From positions 62,001-126,000 of the forward strand of contig JAUCBJ010001582.1 of NCBI GenBank assembly GCA_032718475.1: a stretch of DNA of 64,000 nt. The letters run 5' to 3'. This document shows, in pieces, positions 1 to 11,610 of this stretch. Position 1 is the first letter of the stretch. The number at the start of each line of letters is the position of its first letter. Source of the stretch: Nemertoderma westbladi. Taxonomy: Eukaryota > Animalia > Xenacoelomorpha. Below the pieces are notes generated by a model. It was not told the origin of the DNA and did no database searches. It saw only the letters and a program-made list of their open reading frames with translations. The position numbers and the translations under genes were made by a program.

Positions 1-690
1 GGTTGCCCTTCTTGGGAACTGGCACCAACTTATTTGTTTTCATTTCTTGTGGGACTCTTGTTGTTCGGTACATGTCTACTATGATGGGATAGATGAGCTT
101 TAAACACTCAGGTATTTTAAAGACCTCAGGGGGAACACCATCTACTCCACTGGCACGATTGGTCTTAATGCTCTTTGCAGCAGCCTTCATTTATGCAAAG
201 GAGATATCGCCAATGGGAATATCTGGGAGTACAGACTCAGACACTTTTACTTCTATAAAGTTATCAGGCAATACCCTGTCATTATTGAGGAGCTTTACAA
301 AGTGGGCCTTCCAACCATTGAGGCGATCGGCTGATGATTCAGCCTTAACCTTGGTGCTTGGTTGGCTTTTCCGCCCAGTAAGCAAGTTGATCAATTTCCA
401 TGCCTGGGATGATTGCCTGCTGTCCTCAGCATCATTGATGGCATCAACCTGTTGGTTTATTAGCCCCTTTAGATTAACAGAGTACTGCCTATTCAGGGAC
501 CTAGATGCAGCCTTAACTGCATTCTTGGCCGTTGTAGTCTGTTTGAGTCGGGACTCTTTCTGGCCTTATAGAGGTCATTTCGGCACTTCTGAATTTTGTT
601 GTCAGTCTAGGGGGGCCCTTTTCCTGTTTCGAGGATATACAGTTGGGAAATATATAGAGTTGGGAAAGTGTTATCAATTTCCATCCAGTA
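1..690 (-). mobile_element. Degenerate RTE-clade LINE fragment (region N-terminal to and entering RT), runs off window start
   Basis: Minus-strand translation WKAHFVKLLN...GDISFA*...NRASGVDGVPPEVLK...LVPVPKKG parallels the RTE copy at 1659-3385 (NKASGLDEIPAEVWK...LKPLPKKG); in-frame stops. Confidence 0.75.
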
Positions 691-697
691 ATATTTA

Positions 698-1600
698 ACG
701 GCATCAATGGTGACACAGTGCTCCAAGCAACACGCCGCACACATGGCTCAGCCGGCCCCTCTGGAGCCGATGCCGAGGCATGGCGGCGTATGTTGACGGC
801 GTTCGAGAACACATCGGTTGCCCAGGAATGCTGTTGCAATGGATGCATTCAATGCTGGTCGTCTGATACCACTGGACAAATCCCCTGGGGTACGTCCCAT
901 AGGAGTTGGGGAATGTTTGAGAAGAATCATAGGTAAATCAATTATGTCTTGTATCATGGCCGACCTCGAGGAGCTAGGCGGCAACACGCAGCTGTGTCTT
1001 GGGCCACTCGCGGGGATCGATCATGCCATACATTCGTTACGAGATTGTTATGATACAAATGACTGTGAGGCTATACTACTCCTAGATGCTACAAATGCCT
1101 TTAACGCCCTGAACAGATCATTAACATTGCATAATGTGCAGGTAATTTGCCCCACTTTGGCAACAGTTCTTATAAACACCTATCGTAATCCAGTACGCAT
1201 GTTTGTTGAAGGTGAAACAATTTGGTCATATGAAGGAACCATACAGGGGGACCCTTTGGCCCTCGCCATATACGCCATAGGAATACTTCCAATGATCAAA
1301 CGCCTAAATACAGCCAGCAGTACCCATCCCGTTGAGGTGTCAGCACTACCAATAGCTCAGACAATCTTGTAAACTCCAGAATTCCAGTGCATGTTGGCGA
1401 TCATATGGAGGTTTGCTTGTGTGTAAGAATAGCAGTGCGATTTCAGAGAAATGGTATAGGGCAGAGCGGAAAGGGAACTACTTTCTTTGCCAGTGAGGGA
1501 AAGGCCATCTCACAGCCATCAGACTTCAATGACTGTTACGAACATTCTCTCAAGTTATCACAGCCTCTGCAACTGCTAATACCTGGGGGTGATCCCCCTC
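698..1600 (+). mobile_element. CRE/SLACS-like non-LTR retrotransposon RT fragment
   Basis: GRLIPLDKSPGVRPIGVGECLRRIIGK, LLLDATNAFN, EGTIQGDPLALAIY are RT motifs typical of CRE-like elements; frameshifted and truncated. Confidence 0.75.
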
Positions 1601-1658
1601 GCCGGTCCCAGATTACTATTCTTACTATAGGTACATACAATAGTCCTACAGTAATGTG

Positions 1659-3385
1659 CTACTACTACTAGGTCGAGCGAACTCGGACATTGGAAATGAG
1701 ATCATTCCAGGCTTCCCGATTCTCCATAGTTGTCGCAATTTCGTTTCTCCCCAGTTCAGTATCCCTTTCAAGTTGATCTATATATGTTATGGCCGGTCGT
1801 CCACGACTACGCTTTCCATGAGTTGGTTGCCAGAAAAGTAGATCTGGTATGACCTCGTCTTTACTTCGCCAGCAGTGCCCACTGAATCTTAATCTGCGTT
1901 CACGGAGGGTGGTTGATGCAGGTGGTATTGTACCATAAAGCTCGGTGTTTGTCATGTGTTGTCTCCAGCTGATCTTTAGGGCTGCCCTTAGTAGTCTTGT
2001 GTAGCAACCAACAATTATCAATTCGTTGCTCAAGTGATTTAGTCAGTGTCCAGGTCTCACCCCCGTATAAAAATACACTTTCCACTGTGGCTCGAAAGAA
2101 CTTAGTCTTCAGGTGCCTGGAGAGATCTGATTTCCAGATGGTATCCATTTTTGATAGAGCTACCCAAGCCTTTGCTTTACTAACTTCTATGTCCCTTTTA
2201 ACTACTCTCTATCCATGATCCAAGGTACTGGAAGTCGTCGACCTTCCTTAGTTGATTATTATCAATGGTTGTCAAGTTTCCATCAACATTAAAGGTCATG
2301 AATTCGGTCTTGGTAGCATTTATATGCAATCCAACCTCCTTAGCAGGCCTCTCCACTTTATTTAGTAGAAGCTGTGCATCTGCTAGTGTATTAGAGAGCA
2401 GGGCGATGTCATTCGCAAAGTCGGTGTCTGTGACTGTAGTTGCCAGATATCTACTACTTCTGCGTTCTTGAAGGGTGAATCCCAGATCTTCACCCTTTGT
2501 GGCCGTCCTCATTGCGTAATCCAGCACAATTTCAAATAGTAATGGTGCTAATGTGTCACCTTGCAGTACGCCAGCCAGGATTGAGAAAAACGCAGTTTCA
2601 CCATCTGGTGAGAGTACTTGCGCTTCTGTGTCACAATATAACAATCCAATGCCAGCGACAATTACTTCTGGTATTCCACAAGCTCTTAGGATTTCAAGCA
2701 TTTTACCTCTATGGATGGAGTCGAATGCCTTCTTGAAGTCCACAAAAGTCATGACTGCGGGGAGATTCTTTGACTTAATTCCTTCAATCAGTCTCCGTAG
2801 TGCAAGTATCTGAGCTATTGTTGATCTATTTGGTCGAAATCCGTTTTGGCTCTTACGCAGTAGTTTCTCTATGTGAGGCCTAATCCTATATAGAATCATT
2901 TTATTGTATATTTTGGCAGCTACCACAAGCAGACAGATCCCACGATAGTTTGTTGGTATACCGAGGTCTCCTTTCTTGGGGAGAGGCTTTAGTTGACCTT
3001 TAGTCCAAATTGGTGGTAGCTTTTCTCCTTTTAACATAATCAATAACATTTTTACATTTTTACATTTTTACTTTTAACATATCAATAATGGTCTGTTTAG
3101 CACTCCTGTTTTCCATACCTCCGCTGGAATTTCATCTAATCCACTCGCTTTATTATTGGACATGCTTTTAATGCTTCTTTGGAGTTCGGCAGGTGTGAAG
3201 TCCCCTGTTTCTATAGGTAATGTCTTGTCATATATTTTCCTTGTAGGGCTGACCTCGATATTTGGTGGCTGCCCAAGCAAGTTGCTGAAGGGATTTTTCT
3301 ACTTCCCAACGCGTTCTTCAGGACTATCGGCTTTGAGGCGCCCCTTTGCACAACTTTTCCTACCAGATACCTCATTTACAGTTTG
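1659..3385 (-). mobile_element. 5'-truncated RTE-clade LINE (RT plus C-terminus), frameshifted, with (TAG)4 tail
   Basis: NYRGICLL, QNGFRPNRST, FVDFKKAFDSI, GVLQGDTLAP, DFANDI (FADD degenerate), FQYLGS, LYGGETW, RLRFSGHCWR, RGRP; stop codon is the first unit of a (TAG)4 tail at 1659-1670. Confidence 0.9.
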
Positions 3386-3500
3386 CCAGGTAAGAGGAAT
3401 TCCCCTTACCCAGAAACCATAAATTTGTTGCGCACCCGTTTAAGCTTCGCCCTTTTGCGGTCTGCCAGCGGGTGTATCCGAGGATCGAGGTCCCACAGGA
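3386..3500 (+). mobile_element. C-terminal tail of CRE-like element (probably the same element as 698-1600, split by the RTE insertion)
   Basis: YPETINLLRTRLSFALLRSASGCIRGSR resembles the conserved C-terminus after the restriction-like endonuclease of CRE-like elements; same strand as 698-1600. Confidence 0.6.
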
Positions 3501-3752
3501 CGAGAGTAGCACGATTGGCGGACACGGGAATCCGATCGGTAGTCTCCTCGGCCGGCCTGGAGTCAGGGTAGCTCGTGAGGATCTTGAGTCTCTGGGAGAA
3601 GGATTACGAGGAGGTCGGAGTTGATAGTGGCGGAGTCGAAGATGAGGAAGGAGAGGAGGAATACTAGATGGAACCTTTACAACTACTACACTACTTTTTA
3701 ATATTTTTAATTTTATTACTGATTAATGTGCGAGTTCATATAATAATCTCAC

Positions 3753-3783
<31 letters not shown>

Positions 3784-3784
3784 A

Positions 3785-4080
3785 GTTTAACAGTACTGTA
3801 CGATCAACTGTATCGAACGCAGCGCTCAAATCGAGTAGAACAAATAGGGTAAGTTTCTGTTTAACCATTGCTATTGGAATGTCAGAATGGACACGAATGA
3901 GGGTTGTTTCAGTACTGGGGTAATGTCTGTATGCTGATTGGTTGTATGGAAGTTGGGGCGTGATATTATGCATAGTTCCTTCGGAAACCGCACGTTCTGT
4001 TAGTTAAGACAAAAAAAATGATAGACCACCAACGGGTCGGAAGTTAGGGAATAGTTTCGGATCGAGTTTCTTAAGAAGTT
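3785..4080 (-). mobile_element. L2/CR1-type LINE RT fragment
   Basis: NFRPV, NQSAYRHYPSTETTLIRVHSDI, VLLDLSAAFDTVD. Confidence 0.75.
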
Positions 4081-4476
4081 GTGTATCCGTGCTATCATTA
4101 CATAGGCACAGTGTAGACGTGTATCAGCTGTCAGCTGTGGTTATTTTACGAAGTGATGACTAATAACTTGTAGACCCCGCAGTATGACGCAACTTTATAT
4201 ACCGCTAATAAAATCGATTTCTATGGGTCCCTTAATTTGTATATAATGGTTTTATAGTTCTTTGTGGTCCAGTACAGATCGAACATATTAAATAAAACAA
4301 ATAAATAAACAATCATTACCTACAAACACTCTTTTACTCAGTTGACATCAAATGCAAATAACAACAATAAAATGAAACAAAACCCTTTAAAATAAATAAA
4401 ACATCCGGAAGTACAAAACTGCGTGCGGCTGTCTGTCCATAACTGAGTTAGTATAGAGTGTCCATCACACAGTCGC

Positions 4477-5427
4477 TCATTGCTTGATTGCCTTTCTCGG
4501 GGGGCCGTTGATAGAGTCTGTACCGTAACCTTCCCATCCACTAGACGCATCGTAACTGTGCTTACCGGTTACTGAGTTCCCATAGTAACCATCGGCGGCG
4601 CTCGCTGGCGTCTGCTGATTGGCTACTGTGCCGTCGCCGTAAGAGTTGTTGTACATCGAGGGGTCCCACGCGTAGGAAGCAGCCGGTTGGCTCGCTGGCT
4701 CCTGGTACGTTGCCGTGGTATCCGTCGCCGTTTCCTGGCTGCTAGCGGTCGTGGTGGCAACGCCCCCTTGCTGCTGCTGCTGCATCCAGTAGGCCCAATA
4801 CTGGTTGTAGTCGCCCCAACTCGGGTCCCAGTACTGTCCGTAACCCGCGGTCTGCGTCGCCGGGTTGCCCGTTTGGGTATCGCCGGCCCACTGCGTCGCC
4901 TGCGTCGTGGTCTGCTGGGCGGCGGCCCCCTGCTGCGCCCCCCACTGGTAGCCCTGGGCGGCCCCCCACTGCCCCCAGTCCGTGGCGGCGCCCCCTCCCT
5001 GCTGGTAGTCCCCCCACTGCCCTCCTGCCCCCCCGGTGGTGGCTGCGGCAGCCCCCCACTGTTGCTGAACGCCGCCGCCCCACTGCGCCCCTCCCTGGGT
5101 GGCCGCCCAGCCCCCCGCCGTGGGCTGACCTCGTCCCGCCCCCACCGCCCCCTTCCCCCCTACCGCTACCCCCATATGATAGTTCTCCTTCCCCCAGCCG
5201 CACCGTAGCAGACTGTCGTTGATCTTGGCGCCGTGCATAGTAACTATGGCTGTGACGGCGTCCGCGTGGTTCATAAACTTAATAAACGCGTAGCCTCGGT
5301 CCTTGAGCAGCCGAATATCGACGATGGGTCCGAACTGAAGGAACTCCTGGCGAATCTGTTCGTTCTCCACCCCCATCGCGCCCCCAACGTAAACCGTTCG
5401 GTTCATCTCAGTGGATTCGTTCTCCAC
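4477..5427 (-). CDS. TIA1/TIAL1: TIA-1/TIAR-like protein, last exon (RRM3 plus Q/G/W/Y-rich prion-like tail)
   Basis: ttttttcag acceptor; NRTVYVGG, RGYAFIKF, AVTAIVTMHG, RCGWGKE; low-complexity tail; joined CDS is 1653 nt = 550 aa. Confidence 0.92.
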   Translation of the reverse strand: MENESTEMNRTVYVGGAMGVENEQIRQEFLQFGPIVDIRLLKDRGYAFIKFMNHADAVTAIVTMHGAKINDSLLRCGWGKENYHMGVAVGGKGAVGAGRGQPTAGGWAATQGGAQWGGGVQQQWGAAAATTGGAGGQWGDYQQGGGAATDWGQWGAAQGYQWGAQQGAAAQQTTTQATQWAGDTQTGNPATQTAGYGQYWDPSWGDYNQYWAYWMQQQQQGGVATTTASSQETATDTTATYQEPASQPAASYAWDPSMYNNSYGDGTVANQQTPASAADGYYGNSVTGKHSYDASSGWEGYGTDSINGPPRKAIKQ

Positions 5428-5456
5428 CTGAAAAAATATTACGGCGATTAATTACG

Positions 5457-6130
5457 CAACGGGTTACTAACGGGATACAATCGGGTTACAAACGGGTTAC
5501 AATCGGGTTATAAACGGGTTACAAACGGGTTACAATCGGGTTACAAACGGGTTATAAACGGGTTACAAACGGGCTACAATCTGGTTACAATCGGGTTACA
5601 AACGGGTTATAAACGGGATACAATCGGGTTACAAACGGGTTAGAAACGGGTTACAATCGGGTTACCATCAGGTTACAAACGGGTTACAATCGGGTTACAA
5701 GCGGGTTACAAACGGGTTATAAATGGGTTACAAACGGGTTACAATAGGGTTACAAACGGGTTACAAACGGGTTAAATCGGGTTACAAACGGGTTACAAAC
5801 GGGTTACAGTCGGGTTACAAACGGGTTACAATCTGGTTACAATCGGGTTACAATCTGGTTACAAATGGGTTACAATCGGGTTAAAAACGGGTTACAATCG
5901 GGTTACAAACGGGTTACAATCGGGTTACAAACGAGTTATAAACGGGTTACAAACGGGTTACAATCGGGTTACAATCGGGTTATAAACGGGTTACAAACGG
6001 GTTACAATCGGGTTACAAACGGGTTAGAAACGGGTTACAATCGAGTTACAATCTGGTTACAAAAGGGTTACATTCGGGTTACAAACAGGTTACAATCGTG
6101 TTACAAACGGGTTACAATCGGGTTACAATC
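5457..6130 (+). repeat. Intronic 11-bp minisatellite (AAACGGGTTAC/AATCGGGTTAC), about 60 copies
   Basis: Directly visible tandem array. Confidence 0.97.
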
Positions 6131-6495
6131 CATCTTTGGATCATCCGAAAATTAAAACTTTACTCACTATATTGTTTTTATTCCGCAAAACTTCCTTTTT
6201 AACATTTTAACCTTAAACTTATTAACCTTTTAGGAATAAATAGGAATAAAAAATGCACTTTTTTCTACAATACATGGATAATAGTGAAACAAATACAACA
6301 AATTTACCTAAAATTTACCCATGTAAGTATCATGTCAGTGCTTATTTTGTATATTTGTATGGATTATTACCAATATAATAATAATCAATAAATGATCAAT
6401 TATTCTTAATTAAAGGTTTTAGGATTAGGGTTAAAGGTCTCGAGTTATATATTATATTATAGATATTAATATTTCGTCTGGTAGATCTAACTAAC

Positions 6496-6665
6496 CTCCT
6501 GTTTACTTTTCGGTTTAATATCCGACGGGTTTAACTTAGCTCCAGTACCAGGCCTCCTAGCAGCCCAGTTTGTACGAATGGCTTTGCCCGCCAATATCTC
6601 GCCTCGCATTCCATTCATAGCCGTTTCAGCATCCACTTCGTTCAGAAAAGAAACGAATCCGTAGC
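6496..6665 (-). CDS. TIA1/TIAL1: TIA-1/TIAR-like protein, coding exon 3 (GYGFVSF...AIRTNWAARRP)
   Basis: RNP1 KGYGFVSF spans the junction; IRTNWA motif; tag acceptor and GAG|gttagt donor; phase-consistent. Confidence 0.9.
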
Positions 6666-6799
6666 CTAAAGATATTCATATGTCAATATAACAAAACTTA
6701 TTTAGTGCCAGCCTATACTGTAGATTAATAATAACTATACAACAGATATTTGTTTGTCTGACGGTCGCAGCAAAAACATTGACATTGTTGGTGAGCTGA

Positions 6800-8500
6800 C
6801 AAGATCACTCAACTTTAGGTAAGTTAGTGGTGACATCTCTGACCACTAGGGGGTCACTCACCTTTAGATAAGTTAGTGGTGACATCTCTGACCACTAGGT
6901 GGTCTCTCACCTTTAGATAAGTTAGTGGTGACATCTCTGACCACTAGGGGGTCACTCACCTTTAGATAAGTTAGTTGTGACATCTATGACCACTAGGGGG
7001 TCTCTCACGTTTAGATAAGTTAGTGGTGACATCTCTGACCACTAGGGGGTCACTCACCTTTAGATAAGTTAGTGGTGACATCTCTGACCACTAGGGGGTC
7101 ACTCACCTTTAGATAAGTTAATGGTGATATCTCTGACCACTAGGGGGTCACTCACCTTTAGATAAGTTAGTTGTGAGATCTATGACCACTAGGGGGTCTC
7201 TCACGTTTAGATAAGTTAGTTGTGACATCTCTGACCACTAGGGGGTCACTCACCTTTAGATAAGTTAGTGGTGACATCTCTGACCACTAGGGGGTCACTC
7301 ACCTTTAGATAAGTTAGTGGTGACATCTCTGACCACTAGGGGGTCACTCACCTTTAGATAAGTTAGTGGTGACATCTCTGACCACTAGGGGGTCACTCAT
7401 CTTTAGATAAGTTAGTGGTGACATCTCTGACAACTAGGGGGTCTCTCACCTTTAGATAAGTTAGTTGTGACATCTCTGACCACTAGGGGTCACTCACCTT
7501 TAGATAAGTTAGTTGTGACATCTCTGACCACTAGGGGGTCTCTCACCTTTAGATAAGTTAGTTGTGACATCTCTGACCACTAGGGGGTCACTCACCTTTA
7601 GATAAGTTAGTTGTGACATCTCTGACCACTAGGGGGTCTCTCACATTTAGATAAGTTAGTTGTGACATCTCTGACCACTAGGGGGTCTATCACCTTTAGA
7701 TAAGTTAGTTGTGACATCTCTGACCACTAGGGGGTCTCTCATCTTTAGATAAGTTAGTTGTGACATCTCTGACCACTAGGTGGTCTCTCACCTTTAGATA
7801 AGTTAGTGGTGACATCTCTGACCACTAGGGGGTCTCTCACCTTTAGATAAGTTAGTTGTGACATCTCTGACCACTAGGGGGTCTCTCATCTTTAGATAAG
7901 TTAGTTGTGACATCTCTGACCACTAGGTGGTCTCTCACCTTTAGATAAGTTAGTGGTGACATCTCTGACCACTAGGGGGTCTCTCACATTTAGATAAGTT
8001 AGTTGTGACATCTCTGACCACTAGGGGGTCTCTCACCTTTAGATAAGTTAGTTGTGACATCTCTGACCACTAGGGGGTCACTCATCTTTAGATAAGTTAG
8101 TGGTGACATCTCTGACCACTAGGTGGTCTCTCACCTTTAGATAAGTTAGTGGTGACATCTCTGACCACTAGGGGGTCTCTCACATTTAGATAAGTTAGTT
8201 GTGACATCTCTGACCACTAGGGGGTCTCTCACCTTTAGATAAGTTAGTTGTGACATCTCTGACCACTAGGGGGTCACTCATCTTTAGATAAGTTAGTTGT
8301 GACATCTCTGACCACTAGGGGGTCACTCATCTTTAGATAAGTTAGTTGTGACATATCTGACCACTATGGGGACACTCACCTTTAGATAAGTTATTTGTGA
8401 CATCTCTGACCACTATGGGGTCACTCACCTTTAAGTTAGTTGTGACACCTCTGACCACTATGGGGTCACTCACCTTTAGATAAGTTAGTTGTGACATCTC
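6800..8500. repeat. Intronic 49-bp minisatellite, about 35 copies, derived from the exon 2 end plus donor
   Basis: Period 49 (GACCACTAGG at 6841 and 6890); the last unit overlaps exon 2. Confidence 0.97.
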
Positions 8501-8584
8501 TAACGACTCTAACCGAAGTTATCTGACCGTAGGGTTCGAATGCGGTCTTGAGTTTATTGTTGTCTATCTCCTCCGCTAAATCAC
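8474..8584 (-). CDS. TIA1/TIAL1: TIA-1/TIAR-like protein, coding exon 2 (RRM2, GDLAEEIDNNKLKTAFEPYGQITSVRVVRDVTTNLSKG)
   Basis: 111-nt phase 1-1 exon absent from the ORF track; tag acceptor and AAG|gtgagt donor; continues RRM2 in frame. Confidence 0.9.
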
Positions 8585-9573
8585 CTACGACAATATCAAA
8601 TATATAACACATCAAATTTTTTTTTTGGGAATGATCAGCTGTTATTGTATAAAAATTTCATTCCAGTGGTATTAAATGTGCGGCCATTGCTGTCAGTTGT
8701 TGGTTGACGTTTGTTGGCTATCATCCCCTTTTAATATTCTTTACTTTGTACACGGCGACATGAAAAGCATAGTTTTTATCATAAGATTCATAAAAGTAAG
8801 CGATAAGATGGATTAATATTGTCTCGAGAGGGGCCTGTAGGCCGGACATATTCCGATAAGAGGGGGAGGAGGGTGGTTGCATGAGAGGATGCATATAAAT
8901 TAATTCAATGTACTGCACTAAAATGTCATATCTATGTACTTGAACGAATATCGGAAAGATAAGGGAGCGGGTGGGTGGTGAATTCGATTGGATATGATCG
9001 AGGAGGCTAGATTGTGATTGAACTACAATGTACCGGTACATTGATGAGAACAACTCCCTTGTTACGAATGGGTCGCAATAAAAAATAATGGAATGTAACA
9101 TGTAGTGCACGACGACCTTCTCAAGTGATAATGTGTAGTGGGTAGGAAGTACTGGCACTACTACAGTGTGTGTGTGAGGTTGAAAAAGTATGTCCTCAAG
9201 CCAAGAAATATAAATTAACTGAGATCAAATATATAATTTTCTTATATAGTCACAGATAATTTATGTTGTACTACTTAACCAGAAAAATGCGACACACTGT
9301 GTCAAACACGCTTTCTATACCGGTACACTGCTGCTGCAATGGAAACAATTTATCATGTATTTAGATATACCTCCAAACCATTAGGAAAAAAATATGAAAT
9401 TAACTTTCCTGTCACATTTTCATGGTTAACTTGAATAATAAAATAATCTCAGTTTTTCGTCCCGGAAAGATAAAGATATAACAAAATTTTAAGAGGTTTT
9501 AGATAAAGGATGCCGATTACACGTGACAGTATTTAAAGGATTTGTGAGGGTTAAGTTAATAATAATTACTTAC

Positions 9574-9994
9574 CAATGAATATATGGAAGTGAGTGCTGG
9601 TATCTGTGAGGTTTATCCCTTTGTCCTGGTTCGTGGATGACAGCGTCTGTGCAGGTCGGGCCCACTGACCAGCAGTGCCAGACTGATGCGGAACACCCGT
9701 TGTCTTGGCACCGACCGTTGGATTCATCTCGGAAAGCGCCCAATTTACTTTGATATTGGACTCGAATATATTGCGCCCATCCATGGTGGCCTTGGCGGCT
9801 ACGGCGTGGTCGTGGTTAACAAACTCTACGAAGCAGTACGGGGGGGCGGTACCGGTGGGATCCGATATGATCTTACAGCCCTTGCACGGGCCGATCTTCG
9901 AGAATATGTCGAGAATTAATTCCCGAGTGGCCTGTAGAGGTAGACACCCTATGTATAGAGTGCTGTGTCCGCCGGTTTGTGATGTCCCGTCCAT
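9574..9994 (-). CDS. TIA1/TIAL1: TIA-1/TIAR-like protein, coding exon 1 (RRM1 and start of RRM2)
   Basis: TLYIGCL, CKIISD, PYCFVEF, IKVNWA, DTSTHFHIFIG match TIA-1 RRM1/RRM2; G|gtaagt donor at 9573; in-frame TAG just upstream of ATG; likely acceptor at 10024-10025. Confidence 0.92.
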
Positions 9995-10439
9995 AGTTAG
10001 AATATGACAGCTCTACTGGGAACCTTTGGGAAAATATAAATATTATAAAACAATTTAAATTCCGAAGAAGTTAGAATGAGGCTACAACAAATTTAGGAAT
10101 TCCGACTTCTTGGATTACGGGTGAAAATAAACACGTAGTAACGATAAATTTTAAAATCTAATTTATTCGGTTGAATAATTTGTTCAATTCAGGGTTAGTT
10201 TGTTTGTAAGATTAAGGAAGCAATGGGAAACATACGTGAGGAATGTCACTAATTGTATTAATTAATTGTTAGTCACAGACACAGACTGCTATGTAATTAC
10301 GTAAAACAACAGTATTACATTTTTTTCAAAATACCAACATTACTTTTAATAATGCCGTTGGAATTGAAAGTGATTTGTTACGTCTCATACATGATATTAT
10401 AACTTTAGAGGAGAACATATTATTATAATAGTGAAGTAA

Positions 10440-11423
10440 TGCAGAGTTTACAGTTCTAATCCACTTCTCTACAATGAGCCTGATCCTGGAAGCAGAGTTT
10501 ACAGTTCTAATCCACTTCTCTACAATGAGCCTGATCCGGGATGCAGAGTTTACAGTTCTAATCCACTTCTCTACAATGAGTCTGATCCTGGATGCAGAGT
10601 TTACAGTTCTAATCCACTTCTCTACAATGAGCCTGATCCTGGATGCAGAGTTTACAGTTCTAATCCACTTCTCTACAATGAGCCTGATCCTGGATGCAGA
10701 GTTTACAGTTCTAATCCACTTCTCTACAATGAGCCTGATCCTGGATGCAGAGTTTACAGATCTTATCCACTTCTCTACAATGAGCCTGATCCGGGATGCA
10801 GAGTTTACAGTTCTAATCCACTTCTCTACAATGAGTCTGATCCTGGGTGCTGAGTTTACAGTTCTAATCCACTTCTCTACAATGAGCCTGATCCTGGATG
10901 CAGAGTTTACAGATCGAATCCACTTCTCTACAATGAGCCTGATCCTGGATGCAGAGTTTACAGTTATAATCCACTTCTCTACAATAAGCCTGATCCTGGA
11001 TGCAGAGTTTACAGTTCTAATCCACTTCTCTACAATGAGCCTGATCCTGGATGCAGAGTTTACAGATCTAATCCACTTCTCTACAATGAGCCTGATCCTG
11101 GATGCAGAGTTTTCAGTTCTAATCCACTTCTCTACAATGAGCCTGATCCTGGATGCAGAGTTTACATTTCTAATCCACTTCTCTACAATGAGCCTGATCC
11201 TGGATGCAGAGTTTACAGTTCTAATCCACTTCTCTACAATGAGCCTGATCCTGGATGCAGAGTTTACAGTTCTAATCCACTTCTCTACAATGAGCCTGAT
11301 CCTACAATGAGCCTGATCCTGGATGCAGAGTTTACAGTTCTAATCCACTTCTCTACAATGAGCCTGATCCTGGATGCAGAGTTTACAGTTCTAATCCACT
11401 TCTCTACAATGAGCCTGATCCTG
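10440..11423. repeat. 51-bp minisatellite, about 19 copies
   Basis: Unit GCAGAGTTTACAGTTCTAATCCACTTCTCTACAATGAGCCTGATCCTGGAT. Confidence 0.97.
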
Positions 11424-11501
11424 GCACTTGAAATTGTCCAAGTTACGCCACAAACGCCGCTGATTATCAATTGTGGATTGGCAGACAGACATATAGTCGT
11501 G

Positions 11502-11610
11502 ATATCTACAAGTAGCGCTAAGCGTCACATGGTTTCTAATATCTACAAGTAGCGCTAAGCGTCACATGGTTTCTAATATCTACAAGTAGCGCTAAGAGTC
11601 ACATGGTTTC
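11502..11610. repeat. 37-bp tandem repeat, 3 copies
   Basis: ATATCTACAAGTAGCGCTAAG at 11502, 11539 and 11576. Confidence 0.9.

Noticed and set aside
4687-5208. Overlapping ORFs in the TIA-1 last exon
   Set aside because: Shadow frames of GC-rich low-complexity coding DNA
8721-9158. 145-aa intronic ORF
   Set aside because: No recognisable motif and not needed for the phase-consistent TIA-1 model
10474-11552. 278-aa ORF of 17-aa repeats (MSLILDAEFTVLIHFST)n
   Set aside because: By-product of a stop-free 51-bp minisatellite; no unique flanking coding sequence
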